Below are positions 1 through 11,100 of a stretch of 64,000 nucleotides of DNA, piece by piece. The stretch's first letter is position 1. Each line of letters starts with the position of its first letter. The stretch lies in NCBI RefSeq assembly GCF_009914755.1, contig NC_060941.1, one strand, 5' to 3'. A program made the position numbers and the translations under genes. This DNA is from the human T2T-CHM13v2.0 reference genome, Homo sapiens. The notes beneath the pieces were generated by a model. It did no database searches. It had not been told where the DNA came from and saw nothing but the letters and a program-made list of their open reading frames with translations.

Positions 1-106
1 TGATGATTGAGTTGAACTCACAGAGCTGAACATTCCTTTGGATGGAGCAGGTTTGAGACACACTTTTTGTAGAATCTACAAGTGGATATTTGGACCTCTC
101 TGAGGA

Positions 107-123
107 TTTCGTTGGAAACGGGA
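107..123 (+). promoter_or_regulatory. CENP-B box (monomer M1; recurs every HOR)
   Basis: TTTCGTTGGAAACGGGA matches NTTCGNNNNANNCGGGN. Confidence 0.95.
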
Positions 124-272
124 TAACTGCACCTAACTAAACGGAAGCATTCTCAGAAACTTCTTGGTGATGTTTGCATTCAAATCCCAGAGTTGAACCT
201 TCCTTTGAGAGTTCAGGTTTGAAACACTCTTTTTGTAGGATCTGCAAGTGGATATTTGGACCACTCTGTGGC

Positions 273-289
273 CTTCGTTCGAAACGGGT
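273..289 (+). promoter_or_regulatory. CENP-B box (M2; recurs every HOR)
   Basis: CTTCGTTCGAAACGGGT keeps all nine core bases. Confidence 0.93.
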
Positions 290-785
290 ACATCTTCGCA
301 TAAAATCTAGACAGAAGCCTTCTCAGAAACTTCTCTGTGATGATTGCATTCAACTCACAGAGTTGAACCCTCCTATGGATAGAGCAGTGTTGAAACTCTC
401 TTTTTGTGGAATCTGCAAGCGGATATGTGGACCTCTCCGAAGATGTCTTTGGCAACGGGAATATCTTCACATAAAAACTAAACAGAAGCATTCTCAGAAA
501 CTTCTCTGTGATGTTTGTGTTCAACTCCCAGAATTTCACATTGCTTCTCATAGAGTAGTTCTGAAACATGCTTTTCGTAGTGTCTGCAAGTGGACATTTG
601 GAGCGCTTTCAGGCCTGTGGTGGAAAGCGAATTATGGTCACATAAAAACTGGAGAGAAGCATTGTCAGAAACTTCTTTGTGATGATTGCATTCAAGTCAC
701 AGAGTTGAAGGTTCCTTTTCAAAGAGCAGTTTCCAATCACTCTTTCTGTGGAATCTGCAAGTGGATATTTGGACCTCTTTGAAGA

Positions 786-802
786 TTTCGTTGGAAACGG
801 GA
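786..802 (+). promoter_or_regulatory. CENP-B box (M5)
   Basis: TTTCGTTGGAAACGGGA. Confidence 0.95.
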
Positions 803-1298
803 GAATCTTCACAGAAAAGCTAAACAGAAGCATTCTCAGAAACTTCTTTGTGATGCTTGCATTCAACTCACAGAGTTGAACTTTCCTTTCGAGAGAGAAG
901 CTTTGAAACACTCTTTTTCCAGAATCTGCAAGTGGACATTTGGAGGGCTTTGAGGCCTGTGGTGGAAAAGGAATTATCTTCCCGTAAAAGCTAGATAGAA
1001 GCATTCTCAGAAACTACTTTGTGATGATTGCATTCAAGTCACAGAGTTGAACATTCCCTTTGACAGAGCAGTTTGGAAACTCTCTTTGTGTAGAATCTGC
1101 AAGTGGAGATATGGACCGCTTTGAGGCCTATGGTAGTAAAGGAAATAGCTTCATATAAAAGCTAGACAGTAGCATTCACAGAAATCTCTTGGTGACGACT
1201 GAGTTTAACTCACAGAGCTGAACATTCCTTTGGATGGAGCAGTTTCGAAACACACTATTTGTAGAATGTGCAAGTGGATATGTGGGCCTCTCTGAGGA

Positions 1299-1315
1299 TT
1301 TCGTTGGAAACGGGA
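1299..1315 (+). promoter_or_regulatory. CENP-B box (M8)
   Basis: TTTCGTTGGAAACGGGA. Confidence 0.95.
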
Positions 1316-1465
1316 TAAACCGCACAGAACTAAACAGAAGCATTCTCAGAACCTTCTTCGTGATGTTTGCATTCAACTCACAGTGTTGAACCTTTCTTTG
1401 ATAGTTCAGGTTTGAAACGGTCTTTCTGTAGAAACTGCAAGTAGATATTTGGACCTCTCTGAGGA

Positions 1466-1482
1466 TTTCGTTGGAAACGGGA
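1466..1482 (+). promoter_or_regulatory. CENP-B box (M9)
   Basis: TTTCGTTGGAAACGGGA. Confidence 0.95.
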
Positions 1483-1633
1483 TAAACCGCACAGAATTAA
1501 AACAGAAGCATTCTCAGAACCCTCTTCGTGATGTTTGCATTCAACCCACGGTGCTGAACCTTTCTTTGATAGTTCAGCTTTGAAACACTCTTTTTGTAGA
1601 AACTGCAAGTGGATATTTGGTCCTCTCTGAGGA

Positions 1634-1650
1634 TTTCGTTGGAAACTGGA
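1634..1650 (+). promoter_or_regulatory. CENP-B box position (M10), disrupted in HOR copy 1
   Basis: TTTCGTTGGAAACTGGA (CGGG>CTGG). Copy 2 has a different lesion (CGGA, near 4364). The box is intact in later copies, e.g. 7064-7080. Confidence 0.9.
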
Positions 1651-1971
1651 TAAACCGCACAGAACTAAACAGAAGCATTCTCAGAACCTTCTTCGTGATG
1701 TCTGCGTTCAACTCACAGTGTGGAACCTTTCTTTGATAGTTCAGGTTTGAAACACTCTTTTTGTAGAAACTGCAAGGGGATCATTGCACTTCTTTGAGGC
1801 CTACCGTAGTAAAGGAGATAACTTTCTACAAAAAGAAGACAGAAGCTTTCTCAGAAAATTCTTTGGGATGATTGAGTTGAGCAAACAGAGCTGAACACTC
1901 CTTGTGATGTAGCAGTTTAGAAACACACTTTCTGCAGAATCTGCAAGTGCATATGTGGACCTCTCTGAGGA

Positions 1972-1988
1972 ATTCGTTGGAAACGGGA
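1972..1988 (+). promoter_or_regulatory. CENP-B box (M12), overlapping the HOR-defining EcoRI site at 1970-1975
   Basis: GAATTCGTTGGAAACGGGA; the only GAATTC I found in the consensus HOR. Confidence 0.93.
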
Positions 1989-2137
1989 TAATTTCAGCTG
2001 ACTAAACAGAAGCAGTCTCAGAATCTTCTTTGTGATGTTTGCATTCAAATCCCAGAGTTGAACTTTTCTTTCCAAGTTCACGTTTGAAACACTCTTTTTG
2101 CTGGATCTACAAGTGGATATTTGGACCACTCTGTGTC

Positions 2138-2154
2138 CTTCGTTCGAAACGGGT
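2138..2154 (+). promoter_or_regulatory. CENP-B box (M13)
   Basis: CTTCGTTCGAAACGGGT. Confidence 0.93.
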
Positions 2155-5100
2155 ATATCTTCACATGACATCTAGACAGAAGCATTCTCAGAAGCTTCTC
2201 TGTGATGACTGCATTCAACTCACGGAGTTGAACACTCCTTTTGAGAGCGCAGTTTTGAAACTCTCTTTCTGTGGCATCTGCAAGGGGACATGTAGACCTC
2301 TTTGAAGATTTCGTTGGAAACGGAATCATCTTCACATCAAAACTATACAGATGCATTCTCAGTAACTTTTTGGTGATGTTTGTATTCAACTCCCAGAGTT
2401 GAACTTTCCTTTGGAAAGAGCATCTATGAAACACTCTTTTTCTAGAATCTGCAAGTGGACGTTTGGAGGGCTTTGTGGTTTGTGGTGGAAAAGGAAATAT
2501 CTTCACCTAAATACTAGATAGAAGCATTCTCAGAAACTGCTTTGTGATGATTGCATTCACCTCACAGAGTTGAACATTCCTATTGATAGAGCAGTTTGGA
2601 AACACTCTTGTTGTGGAATGTGCAAGTGGAGATTTGGAGCGCTTTGAGGCCTATGGTAGTAAAGGGAATAGCTTCATAGAAAAACTAGACAGAAGCATTC
2701 TCAGAAAATACTTTGTGATGATTGAGTTGAACTCACAGAGCTGAACATTCCTTTGGATGGAGCAGGTTTGAGACTCACTTTTTGTAGAATCTACAAGTGG
2801 ATATTTGGACCTCTCTGAGGATTTCGTTGGAAACGGGATAACTGCACCTAACTAAACGGAAGCATTCTCAGAAACTTTTTGGTGATGTTTGCATTCAAAT
2901 CCAAGAGTTGAACCTTCCTTTGAGAGTTCAGTTTTGAAACACTGTTTTTGTAGGATCTGCAAGTGGATATTTGGACCACTCTGTGGCCTTCGTTCGAAAC
3001 GGGTACATCTTCGCATAAAATCTAGACAGAAGCCTTCTCAGAAACTTCTCTGTGATGATTGCATTCAACTCACAGAGTTGAACCCTCCTATGGATAGAGC
3101 AGTGTTGAAACTCTCTTTTTGTGGAATCTGCAAGCGGATATGTGGACCTCTCCGAAGATGTCTTTGGAAACGGGAATATCTTCACATAAAAACTAAACAG
3201 AAGCATTCTCAGAAACTTCTCTGTGATGTTTGTGTTCAACTCCCAGAGTTTCACATTGCTTCTCATAGAGTAGTTCTGAAACATGCTTTTCGTAGTGTCT
3301 GCAAGTGGACATTTGGAGCGCTTTCAGGCCTGTGGTGGAAAACGAATTATGGTCACATAAAAACTGGAGAGAAGCATTGTCAGAAACTTCTTTGTGATGA
3401 TTGCATTCAAGTCACAGAGTTGAAGGTTCCTTTTCAAACAGCAGTTTCCAATCACTCTTTCTGTGGAATCTGCAAGTGGATATTTGGACCTCTTTGAAGA
3501 TTTCGTTGGAAACGGGAGAATCTTCACAGAAAAGCTAAACAGAAGCATTCTCAGAAACTTCTTTGTGATGCTTGCATTCAACTCACAGAGTTGAACTTTC
3601 CTTTCGAGAGAGAAGCTTTGAAACAGTCTTTTTCCAGAATCTGCAAGTGGACATTTGGAGGGCTTTGAGGCCTGTGGTGGAAAAGGAATTATCTTCCCGT
3701 AAAAGCTAGACAGAAGCATTCTCAGAAACTACTTTGTGATGATTGCATTCAAGTCACAGAGTTGAACATTCCCTTTGACAGAGCAGTTTGGAAACTCTCT
3801 TTGTGTAGAATCTGCAAGTGGAGATATGGACCGCTTTGAGGCCTATGGTAGTAAAGGAAATAGCTTCATATAAAAGCTAGACAGTAGCATTCACAGAAAA
3901 CTCTTGGTGACGACTGAGTTTAACTCACAGAGCTGAACATTCCTTTGGATGGAGCAGTTTCGAAACACACTATTTGTAGAATGTGCAAGTGGATATGTGG
4001 GCCTCTCTGAGGATTTCGTTGGAAACGGGATAAACCGCACAGAACTAAACAGAAGCATTTTCAGAACCTTCTTCGTGATGTTTGCATTCAACTCACAGTG
4101 TTGAACCTTTCTTTGATAGTTCAGGTTTGAAACGGTCTTTCTGTAGAAACTGCAAGTAGATATTTGGACCTCTCTGAGGATTTCGTTGGAAACGGGATAA
4201 ACCGCACACAACTAAAACAGAAGCATTCTCAGAACCCTCTTCGTGATGTTTGCATTCAACCCACGGTGCTGAACCTTTCTTTGATAGTTCAGCTTTGAAA
4301 CACTCTTTTTGTAGAAACTGCAAGTGGATATTTGGTCCTCTCTGAGGATTTCGTTGGAAACGGAATAAACCGCACAGAACTAAACAGAAGCATTCTCAGA
4401 ACCTTCTTCGTGATGTCTGCGTTCAACTCACAGTGTGGAACCTTTCTTTGATAGTTCAGGTTTGAAACACTCTTTTTGTAGAAACTGCAAGGGGATCATT
4501 GCACTTCTTTGAGGCCTACCGTAGTAAAGGAGATAACTTTCTACAAAAAGAAGACAGAAGCTTTCTCAGAAAATTCTTTGGGATGATTGAGTTGAGCAAA
4601 CAGAGCTGAACACTCCTTGTGATGTAGCAGTTTAGAAACACACTTTCTGCAGAATCTGCAAGTGCATATGTGGACCTCTCTGAGGAATTCGTTGGAAACG
4701 GGATAATTTCAGCTGACTAAACAGAAGCAGTCTCAGAATCTTCTTTGTGATGTTTGCATTCAAATCCCAGAGTTGAACTTTTCTTTCCAAGTTCACGTTT
4801 GAAACACTCTTTTTGCAGGATCTACAAGTGGATATTTGGACCACTCTGTGTCCTTCGTTCGAAACGGGTATATCTTCACATGAAATCTAGACAGAAGCAT
4901 TCTCAGAAGCTTCTCTGTGATGACTGCATTCAACTCACGGAGTTGAACACTCCTTTTGAGAGCGCAGTTTTGAAACTCTCTTTCTGTGGCATCTGCAAGG
5001 GGACATGTAGACCTCTTTGAAGATTTCATTGGAAACGGAATCATCTTCACATCAAAACTATACAGATGCATTCTCAGGAACTTTTTGGTGATGTTTGTAT

Positions 5101-8100
5101 TCAACTCCCAGAGTTGAACTTTCCTTTGGAAAGAGCATCTATGAAACACTCTTTTTCTAGAATCTGCAAGTGGACGTTTGGAGGGCTTTGTGGTTTGTGG
5201 TGGAAAAGGAAATATCTTCACCTAAATACTAGATAGAAGCATTCTCAGAAACTGCTTTGTGATGATTGCATTCACCTCACAGAGTTGAACATTCCTATTG
5301 ATAGAGCAGTTTGGAAACACTCTTGTTGTGGAATGTGCAAGTGGAGATTTGGAGCGCTTTGAGGCCTATGGTAGTAAAGGGAATAGCTTCATAGAAAAAC
5401 TAGACAGAAGCATTCTCAGAAAATACTTTGTGATGATTGAGTTGAACTCACAGAGCTGAACATTCCTTTGGATGGAGCAGGTTTGAGACACACTTTTTGT
5501 AGAATCTACAAGTGGATATTTGGACCTCTCTGAGGATTTCGTTGGAAACGGGATAACTGCACCTAACTAAACGGAAGCATTCTCAGAAACTTCTTGGTGA
5601 TGTTTGCATTCAAATCCCAGAGTTGAACCTTCCTTTGATAGTTCAGGTTTGAAACACTCTTTTTGTAGGATCTGCAAGTGGATATTTGGACCACTCTGTG
5701 GCCTTCGTTCGAAACGGGTACATCTTCGCATAAAATCTAGACAGAAGCATTCTCAGAAACTTCTCTGTGACGATTGCATTCAACTCACAGAGTTGAACCC
5801 TCCTATGGATAGAGCAGTGTTGAAACTCTCTTTTTGTGGAATCTGCAAGCGGATATGTGGACCTCTCCGAAGATGTCTTTGGAAACGGGAATATCTTCAC
5901 ATAAAAACTAAACAGAAGCATTCTCAGAAACTTCTCTGTGATGTTTGTGTTCAACTCCCAGAGTTTCACATTGCTTCTCATAGAGTAGTTCTGAAACATG
6001 CTTTTCGTAGTGTCTGCAAGTGGACATTTGGAGTGCTTTCAGGCCTGTGGTGGAAAACGAATTATGGTCACATAAAAACTGGAGAGAAGCTTTGTCAGAA
6101 ACTTCTTTGTGATGATTGCATTCAAGTCACAGAGTTGAAGGTTCCTTTTCAAAGAGCAGTTTCCAATCACTCTTTCTGTGGAATCTGCAAGTGGATATTT
6201 GGACCTCTTTGAAGATTTCGTTGGAAACGGGAGAATCTTCACAGAAAAGCTAAACAGAAGCATTCTCAGAAACTTCTTTGTGATGCTTGCATTCAACTCA
6301 CAGAGTTGAACTTTCCTTTCGAGAGAGAAGCTTTGAAACACTCTTTTTCCAGAATCTGCAAGTGGACATTTGGAGGGCGTTGAGGCCTGTGGTGGAAAAG
6401 GAATTATCTTCCCGTAAAAGCTAGATAGAATCATTCTCAGAAACTACTTTGTGATGATTGCATTCAAGTCACAGAGTTGAACATTCCCTTTGACAGAGCA
6501 GTTTGGAAACTCTCTTTGTGTAGAATCTGCAAGTGGAGATATGGACCGCTTTGAGGCCTATGGTAGTAAAGGAAATAGCTTCATATAAAAGCTAGACAGT
6601 AGCATTCACAGAAAACTCTTGGTGACGACTGAGTTTAACTCACAGAGCTGAATATTCCTTTGGATGGAGCAGTTTCGAAACACACTATTTCTAGAAGGTG
6701 CAAGTGGATATGTGGGCCTCTCTGAGGATTTCGTTGGAAACGGGATAAACCGCACAGAACTAAACAGAAGCATTCTCAGAACCTTCTTCGTGATGTTTGC
6801 ATTCAACTCACAGTGTTGAACCTTTCTTTGATAGTTCAGGTTTGAAACGGTCTTTCTGTGGAAACTGCAAGTAGATATTTGGACCTCTCTGAGGATTTCG
6901 TTGGAAACGGGATAAACCGCACAGATCTAAAACAGAAGCATTCTCAGAACCCTCTTGGTGATGTTTGCATTCAACTCACGGTGCTGAACCTTTCTTTGAT
7001 AGTTCAGCTTTGAAACACTCTTTTTGTAGAAACTGCAAGTGGATATTTGGTCCTCTCTGAGGATTTCGTTGGAAACGGGATAAACCGCACAGAACTAAAC
7101 AGAAGCATTCTCAGAACCTTCTTCGTGATGTCTGCATTCAACTCACAGTGTGGAACCTTTCTTTGATAGTTCAGGTTTGAAACACTCTTTTTGTAGAAAC
7201 TGCAAGGGGATCATTGCACTTCTTTGAGGCCTACCGTAGTAAAGGAGATAACTTCCTATAAAAAGAAGACAGAAGCTTTCTCAGAAAATTCTTTGGGATG
7301 ATTGAGTTGAGCAAACAGAGCTGAACACTCCTTGTGATGTAGCAGTTTAGAAACACACTTTCTGCAGAATCTGCAAGTGCATATGTGGACCTCTCTGAGG
7401 AATTCGTTGGAAACGGGATAATTTCAGCTGACTAAACAGAAGCAGTCTCAGAATCTTCTTTGTGATGTTTGCATTCAAATTCCTGAGTTGAACTTTCCTT
7501 TCCAAGTTCACGTTTGAAACACTCTTTTTGCAGGATCTACAAGTGGATATTTGGACCACTCTGTGTCCTTCGTTCGAAACGGGTATATCTTCACATGACA
7601 TCTAGACAGAAGCATTCTCAGAAGCTTCTCTGTGATGACTGCATTCAACTCACGGAGTTGAACACTCCTTTTGAGAGCGCAGTTTTGAAACTCTCTTTCT
7701 GTGGCATCTGCAAGGGGACATGTAGACCTCTTTGAAGATTTCGTTGGAAACGGAATCATCTTCACATCAAAACTATACAGATGCATTCTCAGGAACTTTT
7801 TGGTGATGTTTGTATTCAACTCCCAGAGTTGAACTTTCCTTTGGAAAGAGCATCTATGAAACACTCTTTTTCTAGAATCTGCAAGTGGACGTTTGGAGGG
7901 CTTTGTGGTTTGTGGTGGAAAAGGAAATATCTTCACCTAAATACTAGATAGAAGCATTCTCAGAAACTGCTTTGTGATGATTGCATTCACCTCACAGAGT
8001 TGAACATTCCTATTGATAGAGCAGTTTGGAAACACTCTTGTTGTGGAATGTGCAAGTGGAGATTTGGAGCGCTTTGAGGCCTATGGTAGTAAAGGGAATA

Positions 8101-11100
8101 GCTTCATAGAAAAACTAGACAGAAGCATTCTCAGAAAATACTTTGTGATGATTGAGTTGAACTCACAGAGCTGAACATTCCTTTGGATGGAGCAGGTTTG
8201 AGACACACTTTTTGTAGAATCTACAAGTGGATATTTGGACCTCTCTGAGGATTTCGTTGGAAACGGGATAACTGCACCTAACTAAACGGAAGCATTCTCA
8301 GAAACTTCTTGGTGATGTTTGCATTCAAATCCCAGAGTTGAACCTTCCTTTGATAGTTCAGGTTTGAAACACTCTTTTTGTAGGATCTGCAAGTGGATAT
8401 TTGGACCACTCTGTGGCCTTCGTTCGAAACGGGTACATCTTCGCATAAAATCTAGACAGAAGCATTCTCAGAAACTTCTCTGTGACGATTGCATTCAACT
8501 CACAGAGTTGAACCCTCCTATGGATAGAGCAGTGTTGAAACTCTCTTTTTGTGGAATCTGCAAGCGGATATGTGGACCTCTCCGAAGATGTCTTTGGAAA
8601 CGGGAATATCTTCACATAAAAACTAAACAGAAGCATTCTCAGAAACTTCTCTGTGATGTTTGTGTTCAACTCCCAGAGTTTCACATTGCTTCTCATAGAG
8701 TAGTTCTGAAACATGCTTTTCATAGTGTCTGCAAGTGGACATTTGGAGCGCTTTCAGGCCTGTGGTGGAAAACGAATTATGGTCACATAAAAACTGGAGA
8801 GAAGCTTTGTCAGAAACTTCTTTGTGATGATTGCATTCAAGTCACAGAGTTGAAGGTTCCTTTTCAAAGAGCAGTTTCCAATCACTCTTTCTGTGGAATC
8901 TGCAAGTGGATATTTGGACCTCTTTGAAGATTTCGTTGGAAACGGGAGAATCTTCACAGAAAAGCTAAACAGAAGCATTCTCAGAAACTTCTTTGTGATG
9001 CTTGCATTCAACTCACAGAGTTGAACTTTCCTTTCGAGAGAGAAGCTTTGAAACACTCTTTTTCCAGAATCTGCAAGTGGACATTTGGATGGCGTTGAGG
9101 CCTGTGGTGGAAAAGGAATTATCTTCCCGTAAAAGCTAGATAGAATCATTCTCAGAAACTACTTTGTGATGATTGCATTCAAGTCACAGAGTTGAACATT
9201 CCCTTTGACAGAGCAGTTTGGAAACTCTCTTTGTGTAGAATCTGCAAGTGGAGATATGGACCGCTTTGAGGCCTATGGTAGTAAAGGAAATAGCTTCATA
9301 TAAAAGCTAGACAGTAGCATTCACAGAAAACTCTTGGTGACGACTGAGTTTAACTCACAGAGCTGAATATTCCTTTGGATGGAGCAGTTTCGAAACACAC
9401 TATTTCTAGAAGGTGCAAGTGGATATGTGGGCCTCTCTGAGGATTTGGTTGGAAACGGGATAAACCGCACAGAACTAAACAGAAGCATTCTCAGAACCTT
9501 CTTCGTGATGTTTGCATTCAACTCACAGTGTTGAACCTTTCTTTGATAGTTCAGGTTTGAAACGGTCTTTCTGTGGAAACTGCAAGTAGATATTTGGACC
9601 TCTCTGAGGATTTCGTTGGAAACGGGATAAACCGCACAGAACTAAAACAGAAGCATTCTCAGAACCCTCTTGGTGATGTTTGCATTCAACTCACGGTGCT
9701 GAACCTTTCTTTGATAGTTCAGCTTTGAAACACTCTTTTTGTAGAAACTGCAAGTGGATATTTGGTCCTCTCTGAGGATTTCGTTGGAAACGGGATAAAC
9801 CGCACAGAACTAAACAGAAGCATTCTCAGAACCTTCTTCGTGATGTCTGCGTTCAACTCACAGTGTGGAACCTTTCTTTGATAGTTCAGGTTTGAAACAC
9901 TCTTTTTGTAGAAACTGCAAGGGGATCATTGCACTTCTTTGAGGCCTACCGTAGTAAAGGAGATAACTTCCTACAAAAAGAAGACAGAAGCTTTCTCAGA
10001 AAATTCTTTGGGATGATTGAGTTGAGCAAACAGAGCTGAACACTCCTTGCGATGTAGCAGTTTAGAAACACACTTTCTGCAGAATCTGCAAGTGCATATG
10101 TGGACCTCTCTGAGGAATTCGTTGGAAACGGGATAATTTCAGCTGACTAAACAGAAGCAGTCTCAGAATCTTCTTTGTGATGTTTGCATTCAAATTCCTG
10201 AGTTGAACTTTCCTTTCCAAGTTCACGTTTGAAACACTCTTTTTGCAGGATCTACAAGTGGATATTTGGACCACTCTGTGTCCTTCGTTCGAAACGGGTA
10301 TATCTTCACATGACATCTAGACAGAAGCATTCTCAGAAGCTTCTCTGTGATGACTGCATTCAACTCATGGAGTTGAACACTCCTTTTGAGAGCGCAGTTT
10401 TGAAACTCTCTTTCTGTGGCATCTGCAAGGGGACATGTAGACCTCTTTGAAGATTTCGTTGGAAACGGAATCATCTTCACATCAAAACTATACAGATGCA
10501 TTCTCAGGAACTTTTTGGTGATGTTTGTATTCAACTCCCAGAGTTGAACTTTCCTTTGGAAAGAGCAGCTATGAAACACTCTTTTTCTAGAATCTGCAAG
10601 TGGACGTTTGGAGGGCTTTGTGGTTTGTGGTGGAAAAGGAAATATCTTCACCTAAATACTAGATAGAAGCATTCTCAGAAACTGCTTTGTGATGATTGCA
10701 TTCACCTCACAGAGTTGAACATTCCTATTGATAGAGCAGTTTGGAAACACTCTTGTTGTGGAATGTGCAAGTGGAGATTTGGAGCGCTTTGAGGCCTATG
10801 GTAGTAAAGGGAATAGCTTCATAGAAAAACTAGACAGAAGCATTCTCAGAAAATACTTTGTGATGATTGAGTTGAACTCACAGAGCTGAACATTCCTTTG
10901 GATGGAGCAGGTTTGAGACACACTTTTTGTAGAATCTACAAGTGGATATTTGGACCTCTCTGAGGATTTCGTTGGAAACGGGATAACTGCACCTAACTAA
11001 ACGGAAGCATTCTCAGAAACTTCTTGGTGATGTTTGCATTCAAATCCCAGAGTTGAACCTTCCTTTGAGAGTTCAGGTTTGAAACACTCTTTTTGTAGGA

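Larger units (their letters stand above)
1287..1776 (+). repeat. Internal triplication of a 167/168-bp unit across M8-M11 (present in every 16-mer)
   Basis: Three near-identical copies of CCTCTCTGAGGATTTCGTTGGAAACGGGATAAACCGCACAGAACTAAA...GAACCTTTCTTTGATAGTTCAG...GTAGAAACTGCAAG, starting at about 1287, 1454 and 1622. Confidence 0.9.
148..2862 (+). repeat. One full 16-monomer HOR unit (reference for the numbering used here)
   Basis: Monomer starts counted directly: M2 148, M3 318, M4 489, M5 660, M6 831, M7 1002, M8 1173, M9 1341, M10 1509, M11 1676, M12 1846, M13 2013, M14 2183, M15 2354, M16 2525, next M1 2696, next M2 2863. Lengths of 167-171 bp sum to 2715. The numbering is my own and is not the published D17Z1 numbering. 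Confidence 0.95.

Noticed and set aside
349-367. Dyad TTCAACTC-ACA-GAGTTGAA and other short palindromes (TGAGTT-G-AACTCA 8-20, GTTTCGAAAC 1242-1251)
   Set aside because: These are generic, known alpha-satellite dyad symmetries. They are not terminators and not specific to this window.
174-782. 202-aa ORF repeated in nearly every HOR, with Cys/His/Lys-rich pseudo zinc-finger-like motifs (CRICK, CGICK, LLCDDC), plus the other recurring ORFs on both strands
   Set aside because: Monomers of 171 bp (57 codons) keep frame, so stop-free stretches recur by chance. The ORFs overlap on both strands, lack proper C2H2 spacing, and this one starts at TTG. Copies are freely broken by stops (25184) and frameshifts (46553, 51814, 59587).
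2309-2325. CENP-B-box-like sites in M14 (TTTCGTTGGAAACGGAA) and M3 (TGTCTTTGGAAACGGGA)
   Set aside because: Both lack core bases in all copies (CGGA in place of CGGG; no TTCG), so they are not counted as functional boxes.
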